From contig CAWCDG010000003.1 of assembly GCA_963794325.1 (NCBI GenBank), forward strand, positions 128,001 through 192,000: 64,000 bases of DNA, in the 5' to 3' direction. Each line of letters opens with the position of its first letter. Position 1 is the stretch's first letter. The DNA comes from an uncultured delta proteobacterium. Its GTDB lineage: Bacteria; Desulfobacterota; Binatia; Binatales; Binataceae. Under the pieces are notes generated by a model, which was not told the origin of the DNA, ran no database searches, and worked only from the letters and a program-made list of their open reading frames with translations. Both the position numbers and the translations under genes were made by a program. Below, piece after piece: positions 9,528-18,233 of the stretch.

Positions 9528-9698
9528 ATGGATTTGCTCAGAAAATTATATGTGAAGGCCGACGGCTTCGCGCGCGGTCAAACGATGGCGGAGTACGTGC
9601 TGATTGTCTCGGCAGTAGCGGTGGTCGTGTATGCCGGCTACCAATCGACAGGCACGACGGTCAACGCGCTGGTGAGCACCGTGAACGGACAGCTCTAG
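9528..9698 (+). CDS. flp: Flp family type IVb pilin
   Basis: RG|QTMAEY prepilin cleavage and Flp motif followed by a hydrophobic helix; 56 aa; GGAGG RBS before ATG 9528. Confidence 0.88.
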   Translation: MDLLRKLYVKADGFARGQTMAEYVLIVSAVAVVVYAGYQSTGTTVNALVSTVNGQL

Positions 9699-9743
9699 AA
9701 ACCGGGCAACCCATCGCTCGGAGGAATTCCCGCGGCTTAAGCA

Positions 9744-11273
9744 TCAATCCGAATTACGCATCCAATCGGCGACGCGTTCGCCGATCATAATACAAGTGAG
9801 ATTTGTGTTGGCGCGCACGATGTTCGGCATTATCGACGCATCGACGACGCGCAGTCCCTCGACCCCGCGCACGCGGCAATACTGATCGACCACCGCCATC
9901 GGATCCTTATCCGGGCCCATCTTCGCGGTTCCGACCGGATGAAAGATCGTCGTGCAGTTTTCGCGGATAAAATTTTCCAGCGCGGAATTGGAGTTCACGA
10001 CTTCCGCGGTCAGATTCACGAACTCTTTAAGCATAGGCGCCAATGGCCCTTCCTGCATCAGGCGCCACGCCATGCGCACGCCGTCGGCCATCCGGCGCAT
10101 GTCTTCGGGGTCGTCGAGATAGTTTAGATCGATAATCGGCGGGACGTCGGGATTACTGCTGCGCAGACGGAGCCGTCCGCGCGAGCGTGGACGCTGGAGT
10201 CCGGGCACCAGAGATACGCTAGGGACAGGAAGGTCGAGCGCGAGCCCCGGCGAGAGATTTGTGTCGAACAGCTCGAATATGTACATCTGCATATCGTTGA
10301 ATTCGTCGGAGCCCGGCGCGGTATAGCGGATACCGATTGGATTGGTGACTTGGGGATTGTGCGGGATTCCAGACACCGGCGTCGCGACGACGAAGACCAT
10401 CGGATGGTCGATCAGGTTGCGGCCGACTCCCGGCAAGTTCACCTGGCACTTGATGCCCAGCGCCGCGAGTTCATCACCGGCCCCGATCCCCGAACGCATC
10501 AATAGCGCAGGAGAGTGGATGGCGCCGGCCGAGAGCGTGACGCGACGGCCGCGCACTTGCTGGAGCGTTCCGGCGGATTCGAGCTCGACACCGGCGGCGC
10601 GGCCGTTCTCGAGGATCACCCGGTGCGTGTGGACAGCGGAGCGAATCGTCAGATTCAGGCGATGACGGGCGGGCGCAAGATAGCCGATGGCGGTCGAGAT
10701 GCGGACGCCGTCGCGCCGGTTGCGCGGCCAGGGTCCGACGCCGGTGGACTGAGGATCATTGTGGTCCGCGACTTCCGCGAATCCTGCGGCACGCGCAGCG
10801 TCGAAAAATGCGCGATTGAGTGGCTGCCAGTTCTCCGGGCGCGGGCGCTCGATCCATATTGGTCCGGCGACTCCATGGAAATCGCCGCGCGCATCGCGAT
10901 CGTTTTCGAGCTTGCGATGGAACGGCAGGACCTTCTCGAAGCTCCATTCGTGATTGCCCCATCGCGCCCATTCGTCGAAGTCACCCGGCGTGCCGCGCAG
11001 CGCGATATGGCCGTTGACGGCCGAGCCGCCGCCGGTGACCTTGCCGCGCGGGTAGGGGATTTCCCGGGTCGGTGTGGCCTGCGCCGTCAAACCCCAGTCA
11101 TGAGGTCCGGCGGAAACCCAGGTGGTCAGCAAATCGGCGGGAGTCTGCTCGACGACTGAGTAGTCGGGACCGGCCTCGAGCAGCAAGACATTGCGATTCG
11201 GATCCTCGCTGAGCCGGCCAGCCAGCGCAGCGCCCGCAGAGCCCGCTCCGACAACGATATCGTCATAGTCCAT
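9744..11273 (-). CDS. GMC family oxidoreductase (choline dehydrogenase-like)
   Basis: VVGAGSAG, RGKVTGGGSAVNG, GVGRNLIDHP, HPVGTAKMG and VVDASIMP...NTN motifs. Confidence 0.93.
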   Translation of the reverse strand: MDYDDIVVGAGSAGAALAGRLSEDPNRNVLLLEAGPDYSVVEQTPADLLTTWVSAGPHDWGLTAQATPTREIPYPRGKVTGGGSAVNGHIALRGTPGDFDEWARWGNHEWSFEKVLPFHRKLENDRDARGDFHGVAGPIWIERPRPENWQPLNRAFFDAARAAGFAEVADHNDPQSTGVGPWPRNRRDGVRISTAIGYLAPARHRLNLTIRSAVHTHRVILENGRAAGVELESAGTLQQVRGRRVTLSAGAIHSPALLMRSGIGAGDELAALGIKCQVNLPGVGRNLIDHPMVFVVATPVSGIPHNPQVTNPIGIRYTAPGSDEFNDMQMYIFELFDTNLSPGLALDLPVPSVSLVPGLQRPRSRGRLRLRSSNPDVPPIIDLNYLDDPEDMRRMADGVRMAWRLMQEGPLAPMLKEFVNLTAEVVNSNSALENFIRENCTTIFHPVGTAKMGPDKDPMAVVDQYCRVRGVEGLRVVDASIMPNIVRANTNLTCIMIGERVADWMRNSD

Positions 11274-11349
11274 CGATGACTCCCCACTTCAGGATTTCGG
11301 TTTTGTCCAAGCGCGCCTATCCGCAACCCGTTCAATGACACAGTTTGCG

Positions 11350-11590
11350 TCCAAGAGCGAAGCTAGCAACGCGAGTGTAGCTAGCTCCGTCCAGGATGAC
11401 AGAGGGTGGAGCGCGCGCAGCGCGCGAACTCAGAGACCGGAACCGGCTTCGCGTGTGGCGCGAAGCTGTCCGAGATCCTTCCTGCCGCTCGCGTTGCTCG
11501 CTCTGTCAGGATGACACAAGAAGCTCGCGTTGCTCGCTCTGTCAGGATGACACAAGAAGCTCGCGTTGCTCGCTTTGCTAGGATGACAGC
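11350..11590. repeat. REP-like repeat cluster including three tandem 36-bp units
   Basis: GCTCGCGTTGCTCGCTCTGTCAGGATGACACAAGAA starts at 11487, 11523 and (degenerate) 11559. An inverted AGCAACGCGAG lies near 11365 and another CAGGATGAC near 11392. Confidence 0.85.
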
Positions 11591-11617
11591 AAGGGCCTGC
11601 GCGGTTTGCAAATTTCT

Positions 11618-12616
11618 CTAGATCAGCGGTTCGTGGATTGCTTCGGCGGCTTCTGAGGGCGGTTGCTTGCGATGCGCGTCGGCGCCGAGGACCAGAGCGA
11701 GGACGCCGCTGACTGAAATCAGAATGCCGACGACCTCACGGGTCGTTGCGCGCTCGCCCAGGAACATCACGGCGAACAGAATCGAAAGTATCGGGATACC
11801 CGGTACGACCAGGGCTGTCGTCCATGCCAGCGAGAGCCGGTTGATCGCGCCATACCAGGTCAGCCCGCTGAGAAAATAGACGAAGAATCCGGTCACGACG
11901 ATTACCCCGAGCGTAGTCGGGTCGGCGAGTTGCACGATCGACTCGCGGCGGAAGATCAGCAGCATCGTGGTCAAGACGATCGACGCATAGAAGAAGCGGC
12001 CGCCGGTCATCGAGGTCGGCGTCAGCGGCGGCATCAGCTTCAGTCCCATCACGTGCGATGCCTGCCAGAACAACGGAGTCGTGAAGATGATTGCGCTCGC
12101 CCACAACGGTGAAAATGAGCCGCCGCCGGCGAACACCGATCCGATGCCGACCAGGACGGTTGCCGTCGCGAGCATCTGCCGCATCGACGGACGCTCGCCC
12201 ACGAAGATCGTCGAGAGGATCAGCGAATAGACCGGCTCGGTTTGCAGCAGCAGCACACCCGCGACGGCGCCTATTCGGGTGAGTCCGTAAGTCAGGGTGA
12301 GGCTGGTCATCACGGTCCCGGCGATCGCGACCATGAACAACCGTCCGCGGTAACGCGCGTCGAAGATCAGCCGCAACTCGCCGGTATATTGGAGAAGCGG
12401 AATCGTGCAGAGCGTCGCGAACACCGTTGCGCCGGTGCAGAAGAGCAGGGGATCGAGATGAACCGCGCCCCATCGCGTAATGACCGGCTGGCCCGCGCCG
12501 ATGATCGTATTGATGATGCATAGCGTCACGCCGACCTGAAACGCGCGGGCGCGGGCGGCGATTGCGGTAGCGTCGGCGACCGGCGGCATCGGACTCGCCG
12601 AGGTGTCGGTGGGCAT
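11618..12616 (-). CDS. EamA/DMT family transporter
   Basis: About 10 TM helices in two repeats; LQTEPVYSLILSTIFVGER and FAVMFLGER motifs. Confidence 0.9.
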   Translation of the reverse strand: MPTDTSASPMPPVADATAIAARARAFQVGVTLCIINTIIGAGQPVITRWGAVHLDPLLFCTGATVFATLCTIPLLQYTGELRLIFDARYRGRLFMVAIAGTVMTSLTLTYGLTRIGAVAGVLLLQTEPVYSLILSTIFVGERPSMRQMLATATVLVGIGSVFAGGGSFSPLWASAIIFTTPLFWQASHVMGLKLMPPLTPTSMTGGRFFYASIVLTTMLLIFRRESIVQLADPTTLGVIVVTGFFVYFLSGLTWYGAINRLSLAWTTALVVPGIPILSILFAVMFLGERATTREVVGILISVSGVLALVLGADAHRKQPPSEAAEAIHEPLI

Positions 12617-12619
12617 CGA

Positions 12620-13408
12620 CTAGCTTCGCGCGAACGCGACCACGACGACGAGCACTGCCAGCGCAATTCGATAGATCGCGAAACTCCGGTAGCTGTGGGT
12701 TCGCACGTAGTTCAGCAGCCAGACGATCGCGATCAGGCTGAAGACTGCGGAGGCCGCAAACCCCCATCCGAGCTGAGGCGTCAGGCCCGCCTGGAATGCG
12801 TGATGTGCTTCATGCAGGCCGGCGCCGGCGATGATCGGCGTCGCCATGAGAAAGGAGAAATTCGCGGCGTCGGCGCGCTCGATTCCGAGGAAGCGGGCGG
12901 TCGTGATGGTGGCGCCGGAGCGGGAGACGCCGGGGATGATCGCGAGCGCCTGGCTAAGGCCGATAAGGATGGCGTCGACCAAGGTGAGGTCGCCTATTTT
13001 GCGCTTTTTGGAGCCAATCGCATCAGCAGCCCACAAAAGAAGACCAAGGATAGCCAAGGTGCCGGCGATTAGTACCGGCGATCGAAAAATCGTCTCGGCC
13101 TCCTTCTCGAGCAGAACTCCGATGATCGCGCCGGGTACCGACGCGACTATCAACAGGAGCAGCAGCCGGCGCTGGTCGCGATTACCGTTGACCAGCGACA
13201 TCGCCATCTCGAGCCATTCCCGCCAGTAGAAGACCAGCAGCGCCAGCAGCGATCCCAGATGCAGCACGACATCGAAGGCGAGCCCGGGATCCTCTTGCCA
13301 CTTGAGCAGCCAGGGGATGAGGATCAGATGTCCCGAACTGGACACGGGTAGAAATTCCGTCAGACCCTGTACGATCCCTAGAACGATAGCCTGATATACA
13401 GAAAACAT
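12620..13408 (-). CDS. uppP: Undecaprenyl-diphosphate phosphatase (BacA)
   Basis: QGLTEFLPVSSSGHL and PGVSRSGAT signature motifs. Confidence 0.96.
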   Translation of the reverse strand: MFSVYQAIVLGIVQGLTEFLPVSSSGHLILIPWLLKWQEDPGLAFDVVLHLGSLLALLVFYWREWLEMAMSLVNGNRDQRRLLLLLIVASVPGAIIGVLLEKEAETIFRSPVLIAGTLAILGLLLWAADAIGSKKRKIGDLTLVDAILIGLSQALAIIPGVSRSGATITTARFLGIERADAANFSFLMATPIIAGAGLHEAHHAFQAGLTPQLGWGFAASAVFSLIAIVWLLNYVRTHSYRSFAIYRIALAVLVVVVAFARS

Positions 13409-13518
13409 AATGATTTCAGCTATTTAGGAGCAAAGCGCGAGTTTTATCCACAATTGTCCCGGTTGAGACCTATGCCTACGAAACTCGCCATTAGGTGAAA
13501 ACATGTCTAAGTTGCTCC

Positions 13519-13546
13519 TTGACCGGCCCGTTACTTGGTCTAGAAT
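13519..13546 (+). promoter_or_regulatory. Putative sigma70-type promoter
   Basis: TTGACC-N16-TAGAAT upstream of a GGAGG RBS and the 13593 ORF. Confidence 0.5.
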
Positions 13547-13592
13547 TGGTGGCTGTTAGCGGAAAGCAGATTCCGGGTAGTGGGAGGCATTA

Positions 13593-13922
13593 TTGCCTAT
13601 GAATCGAGTTGCCAGAGGCAAAGTTATTCCCTTAAGGGAAGTGAATGCGGTCGAGTCCGACGGAACGCCCGACCAGTCTGCGGTTTGGGATAACATCAAT
13701 CCCGGCGAGCCGCATCCGTTTCCGGTTGTTTCAACCCTGCCACGTTTGCCGGTGATGATTCCCGATGAGATTCTGGACTACTACGGCTGGGTATTTTGCC
13801 AAGGTGGATTCCTCAATCTTCAGATGACGTTTGAACAGTTCCTGGCCGTGGTGGCGGCGGTAAGTCCGGCCGGCCTCAGCCCCGAATACGACGCAAGCGA
13901 GGCATCGTACCCTAACGACTGA
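13593..13922 (+). CDS. Hypothetical protein
   Basis: Has an RBS, a promoter-like sequence and a downstream hairpin; no family recognised. Confidence 0.7.
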   Translation: MPMNRVARGKVIPLREVNAVESDGTPDQSAVWDNINPGEPHPFPVVSTLPRLPVMIPDEILDYYGWVFCQGGFLNLQMTFEQFLAVVAAVSPAGLSPEYDASEASYPND

Positions 13923-13954
13923 TCCTCCGCGATAGCGCTCCGGATCATTTCGAC

Positions 13955-13980
13955 GCCCGCCCGGGTTCTCTCGGGCGGGC
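13955..13980. terminator. Hairpin between convergent genes
   Basis: GCCCGCCCG-N8-CGGGCGGGC inverted repeat. Confidence 0.6.
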
Positions 13981-14009
13981 ATCGATTTTCTGGGCGGTAG
14001 ATTTTCGTC

Positions 14010-14714
14010 TTAATTCTCTCCAGCCGAGCCCTTTTTCGTGCTGCTCAGTAAGGTGTTCCTGACCCAGATGCTCGGCAGCCCGGTGCCGTCGGTGACAGAT
14101 TTGAGCCCGTTGTCCTGCGCTATTTGCCGCCAATTATCCGCGTTGCCGGTCGCGCGCTGCGCCAGACCCTTCAGGTCTTCATTGGGCAGGAGCGCGTAGT
14201 TGACGCCACCTTCTTTGGGCGTTCCGCCTGACGGTGGAAATTGCGCGGCCAGCTGATCCATCTTGGCGAAGAGATTCAGGCGGGTGGTCGCGTTATATTT
14301 GGAGATGTCCTCGTCGGCGACGTCCTCGACGCGGACATTGACGACCACTCTCGAGGTCCGAGGGCTGAGCGGCACGACTTCAATCTCGTAGCGATATTGC
14401 GGATGCTTCCCGACCAGATCGCCGAGCACACCGACCGGAACGTCGGCATCCTTCCACAGCGTGACGAGCTTGTCCTCGGGCTTAACCTCGAACAGGATAC
14501 CTTCGCCACGAAGCACGTCCTGGGTCAGAACGAAGGTGTCATTCGCGGTGTATGGAAAATCGCGCTGCTCGCCTACGGCCGCGTCGGTGCCGCCGCCCTC
14601 AGCGCGGTTGGCGTAGTACGGAGCGTAGTAGCATCCACTGAGAAGCAGGATCGAGAAAACGATCGCGACTTTTGGAAATTGCCGAAACACATGCCGCGCC
14701 GCGCTCATCACCAA
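14010..14714 (-). CDS. Putative lipoprotein with a C-terminal LysM-like segment
   Basis: Lipobox LLSGC; C-terminal EDLKGLAQRATGNADNWRQIAQDNGL resembles LysM. Confidence 0.7.
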   Translation of the reverse strand: MVMSAARHVFRQFPKVAIVFSILLLSGCYYAPYYANRAEGGGTDAAVGEQRDFPYTANDTFVLTQDVLRGEGILFEVKPEDKLVTLWKDADVPVGVLGDLVGKHPQYRYEIEVVPLSPRTSRVVVNVRVEDVADEDISKYNATTRLNLFAKMDQLAAQFPPSGGTPKEGGVNYALLPNEDLKGLAQRATGNADNWRQIAQDNGLKSVTDGTGLPSIWVRNTLLSSTKKGSAGEN

Positions 14715-14716
14715 TG

Positions 14717-14841
14717 CTAGCAGGCCGTTGATAAATCACGGCCTGCTCCCCCTCTCTTATCTCCCCCGCAACAGAGCGGGAGAGAAGATAAAGGAAAGCG
14801 GCCAGCTTTTATGCAGGGTGTCTTTTTCAACACCCTGCTAG
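14717..14841. mobile_element. Putative MITE (about 117 bp) with imperfect terminal inverted repeats and flanking CTAG duplication
   Basis: CTAG|CAGGCCGTTGATAAA ... TTTTTCAACACCCTG|CTAG; no ORF inside; internal hairpins. Confidence 0.65.
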
Positions 14842-14946
14842 GAAACCATGAGAGGTCGATGCACGCAAGTTGAACCTGCCGCGATTGCCGTTGCATTCGA
14901 TTGAGATTGCACGGCAGAGCGGCAGACGCTAATCAAATATACCCTT

Positions 14947-16308
14947 ATGGCCGATTCAGAAAATAAATCCTCGCGCCACGTAATGGCGGTGGTCGGCGCT
15001 GCGACTGCCGGTTCGGAAATCGCGCGAATCCTCGCCGATCGCGGCGCGCTCGTGATCGTGTTCGAGCAGAATCCGCGTCCGTACGGAAAAATCGAGGACG
15101 GGCTACCGCGATGGCACGTCAAGCAGCGCAGAGACGAGTACGAAGAAATCAACCAGCGCCTTGACCATCCGAATATCGAATATGTGCCGATGACCCGGAT
15201 GGGGCGCGAGCTCGACTTCGAAGACCTGCGCACCGGATGGGGCCTTAGCGGAATCGTGCTGACCCACGGCGCGTGGCGCGATCGCGCGTTTCCGGTCGAG
15301 GGCGCCGACGAATTCATCGATCGCGGCCTCGTTTATCAGAACAAGCTCATTTACTGGTTCAATCACTACCCGGAAAAGGCCTACAACGGCCCGCGCTACG
15401 ACCTGACTCCCGGGGCTATCGTCGTGGGCGGCGGACTCGCGTCGATCGACGTGGTCAAAGTGCTGCAAATCGAGATGACCCTGGCGGCGCTCAAGGCGCG
15501 CGGCATCGCCGCAGAGATGGTCGCGCTCGAACGCGAAGGCATCGAGCCGGTGCTGGCTGCGAGCGGCCTCAAGTACGCCGACCTGGGCGTCGCACCGTGC
15601 AAGCTGTACTACCGCCGGCGCGTGCTCGATATGCCGCTCTCGGACATTCCGCCCGACGCGCCGGCCAAGCGCGCAGACGCGCTCAAAGCAGCGCGCGCGA
15701 AGATTCTCGAAAAAGCTCAGCGCAAATTTTTGTTCGAGTTCCAGGAACTGCGCGCGCCGAGCGGCATCGTCGTCGAGAACGGCGCGATGGCGGGCGTAAT
15801 CTTCAGCCGCACCGAAGTCGCCGACGGACAAGTGCGGATTGTGCAGGAGGCTGCCGAATCCGCGCGCGCGCCGCTGATCATCAGCTCGATCGGCAGCATC
15901 CCCGAACCGATTCCCGGAATTCCGCAGAAGGGCGAAACCTATACTTACGTCGATCAGAAGATCGGGCTGCTGATGGACGGCCCGACCGCTGTGTTCGCCG
16001 CCGGCAACGTGCTGACCGGCAAGGGCAATATCAAGGACTCGCTCGACAACGGAACCGAGATTGGCACACTCGTCGCCGAGGCATACCTGGGGTTGTCGGA
16101 CGAGAAACTCAAGATTGCGGAAGGCGCGCGCAAAGAAGCGGCGGCGTCGGCCGAAAAGATCGCGGGCGCATTAAGCTCGCGCCAGCAGATCGCACCCGAA
16201 CAAGTCGCGCGACTACTCGGTCACGTCCGAAAGCGTCAACTGGCGGTCGGCTACGACGGCAACTACCGTGCCTGGATCGCCAAAGTCACGCCTCCCGACC
16301 TACACTAA
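14947..16308 (+). CDS. FAD-dependent oxidoreductase (ferredoxin-NADP reductase/FprA-like)
   Basis: N-terminal VVGAATAG, FEQNPRPYGKIEDG, second Rossmann VVGGGLASIDV and VFAAGN motifs. Confidence 0.75.
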   Translation: MADSENKSSRHVMAVVGAATAGSEIARILADRGALVIVFEQNPRPYGKIEDGLPRWHVKQRRDEYEEINQRLDHPNIEYVPMTRMGRELDFEDLRTGWGLSGIVLTHGAWRDRAFPVEGADEFIDRGLVYQNKLIYWFNHYPEKAYNGPRYDLTPGAIVVGGGLASIDVVKVLQIEMTLAALKARGIAAEMVALEREGIEPVLAASGLKYADLGVAPCKLYYRRRVLDMPLSDIPPDAPAKRADALKAARAKILEKAQRKFLFEFQELRAPSGIVVENGAMAGVIFSRTEVADGQVRIVQEAAESARAPLIISSIGSIPEPIPGIPQKGETYTYVDQKIGLLMDGPTAVFAAGNVLTGKGNIKDSLDNGTEIGTLVAEAYLGLSDEKLKIAEGARKEAAASAEKIAGALSSRQQIAPEQVARLLGHVRKRQLAVGYDGNYRAWIAKVTPPDLH

Positions 16309-16421
16309 AAGTCGCGCCGGGCTGATTTTTTCTTAATACTGGGTGCAGGCGTCCCCCCTTCTTTTGCCTCGTTGCGGACGCGACTGTAGGCTCATTTCGA
16401 TGACGACAACGGAGGTGCGGT

Positions 16422-17672
16422 GTGGACGAACTCAAGCGAACTGACCCGGAAATATTCGACCTCATAAAACAGGAAGAGCGGTACGAGATCGATTCGGTGC
16501 GGCTGATCGCGTCGGAGAATTACGTTTCGAAAGCGGTGCTCGAAGCGACCGGCTCGATTCTCACCAACAAATATTCCGAGGGCTACCCCGGCCGCCGCTA
16601 CTATGAGGGTCAGCGCAACATCGATCAGATCGAAGAACTGGCCGTCAACCGCGCCAAGGCGCTGTTCAAAGTCGATCACGCCAACGTGCAGCCGTACTCA
16701 GGCTCGCCGGCCAACGTCGCGATCTACTTCGCGTTGCTCGAGCCGGGCGATACGATCATGGGCCTCTCGCTGCCGCACGGTGGGCATCTGTCGCATGGAT
16801 GGCCGGTGAGCATCACCGGAAAGTTCTGGAAGTCGGCGCAGTACGTGGTCGATCGCGAAAGTCAGGTCATCGACTTCGACCAGGTCCGCGCGATGGCGCG
16901 CAAGGAGCGGCCGAAGATAATCGTGACCGGCGGCACGGCGTATCCGCGCCTGTGGGACTTCAAGAGCTTCAGCGAGATCGCGAAGGAAGTAGGCGCACTC
17001 CTGCTCGCCGACATTTCACACGTCGCGGGACTGATCGTCGGCGGCGTGCATCCGGATCCCGCGCCGTACGCCGACGTGATCATGACGACCACGCACAAAA
17101 CTCTGCGCGGTCCGCGCGGCGCGATGATCATGTGCCGCAACGAATACGCCGAAGCGATCGACAAGGCGGTGTTCCCGGGCTTGCAGGGCGGTCCGCACAA
17201 TCATACGACGGCGGCGATAGCGGTTGCGTTGAAGGAAGCCTCGACGCCGGAGTTCAAAACATACGCCAGGAAAGTGGTGAGCAACGCCAAAACTCTCGCC
17301 GACGAATTGCTCGCGCGCGGCTTCAGTCTCGTCTCGGGCGGCACCGACAATCATTTGATCCTGGTCGATCTGACGAACAAGAAGGTGATCGGCAAGAAAG
17401 GCGCGAAGGCGCTCGACGCGGCCGGAATCGTCTGCAACTACAACACCGTGCCGTACGATCCGCGCAAACCCTTCAGCCCCAGCGGCCTGCGCCTCGGCAC
17501 GCCTGCGGTTACGTCGCGAGGGATGGGCGACGCTGAGATGCGCCAAATCGCAAAATTCATGGACGAGGCGATCGCGCAGGCCGGCGACGAGACTGCCCTG
17601 AAACGAATTGCCGCCGCGGTCACCGAGATGTGCCGAAAATTCCCCGCCCCGGGAATCGCACTCACGCAATAG
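16422..17672 (+). CDS. glyA: Serine hydroxymethyltransferase
   Basis: LIASENY, NKYSEGYPGRRYY, TTTHKTLRGPRG and FPGLQGGP motifs. Confidence 0.98.
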   Translation: MDELKRTDPEIFDLIKQEERYEIDSVRLIASENYVSKAVLEATGSILTNKYSEGYPGRRYYEGQRNIDQIEELAVNRAKALFKVDHANVQPYSGSPANVAIYFALLEPGDTIMGLSLPHGGHLSHGWPVSITGKFWKSAQYVVDRESQVIDFDQVRAMARKERPKIIVTGGTAYPRLWDFKSFSEIAKEVGALLLADISHVAGLIVGGVHPDPAPYADVIMTTTHKTLRGPRGAMIMCRNEYAEAIDKAVFPGLQGGPHNHTTAAIAVALKEASTPEFKTYARKVVSNAKTLADELLARGFSLVSGGTDNHLILVDLTNKKVIGKKGAKALDAAGIVCNYNTVPYDPRKPFSPSGLRLGTPAVTSRGMGDAEMRQIAKFMDEAIAQAGDETALKRIAAAVTEMCRKFPAPGIALTQ

Positions 17673-17734
17673 GGCTTTGTTACCCGCCCCATGGTATGGT
17701 TCGAGGTTCCTGATTTCAGGGGAGGTTCGGCACA

Positions 17735-18220
17735 ATGGATTATTTCAAGAGAACTTTATCTGTCCTTGCGTGGAGTTCGTTAGCGGCAATTTTGATTCTG
17801 GCGCCCTGTGGAACGGCGCGCGCTCAGGACTCGAGTAGCGCCGGTGTATCGCAGCAGCCTGACAAGAATGGTCCGAATATCGCCGGATGCTGGCAGGGCA
17901 ACGCGTTCAACGATAGCCAGGGCAACACCAGTATTCAGTTTTTCTTCCAACAGACGGGAAAGAAACTCAGCAAGAAACACAGCACCCTCGACATTGAGCC
18001 CGCCGTGTCCGTTCACGGACCGATCATCGGCAAGGTCTCGTCCGCCAAGTTCACGTTTCACGGCCACATGGCCAATGGGTGCAATATCAAGGGGCATGGG
18101 ACTTTCCAGACCCCTACCAGCCTCGAGGGAGGCTACAGCTACGTCGGCAAATGTTATGAAATGGGGTTCACCAGCGGCGAGTTCTCAAGCGTAACCAGGT
18201 TAGGCGCGACCTGTCCGTGA
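17735..18220 (+). CDS. Secreted hypothetical protein (beta-rich, 4 Cys in the mature part)
   Basis: GGAGG RBS; signal peptide ending ARA|Q. Confidence 0.7.
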   Translation: MDYFKRTLSVLAWSSLAAILILAPCGTARAQDSSSAGVSQQPDKNGPNIAGCWQGNAFNDSQGNTSIQFFFQQTGKKLSKKHSTLDIEPAVSVHGPIIGKVSSAKFTFHGHMANGCNIKGHGTFQTPTSLEGGYSYVGKCYEMGFTSGEFSSVTRLGATCP

Positions 18221-18233
18221 TGATGAAAGCTGA

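Noticed and set aside
9744-11273. Naming the GMC enzyme mftG or betA
   Set aside because: No mycofactocin or betaine genes are nearby, so the substrate cannot be assigned.
11487-11590. 36-bp repeats as a CRISPR array
   Set aside because: The units are directly head-to-tail with no unique spacers and no cas genes are present; they match a REP-like arm.
11381-11621. Short ORFs with 12-aa repeats
   Set aside because: They are translations of the 36-bp DNA repeat, open in several frames, with no RBS.
16309-16421. ZTP, THF or glycine riboswitch upstream of glyA
   Set aside because: I could not find the conserved cores (for example the ZTP GCCTGGGC 3' element), and the region is short.
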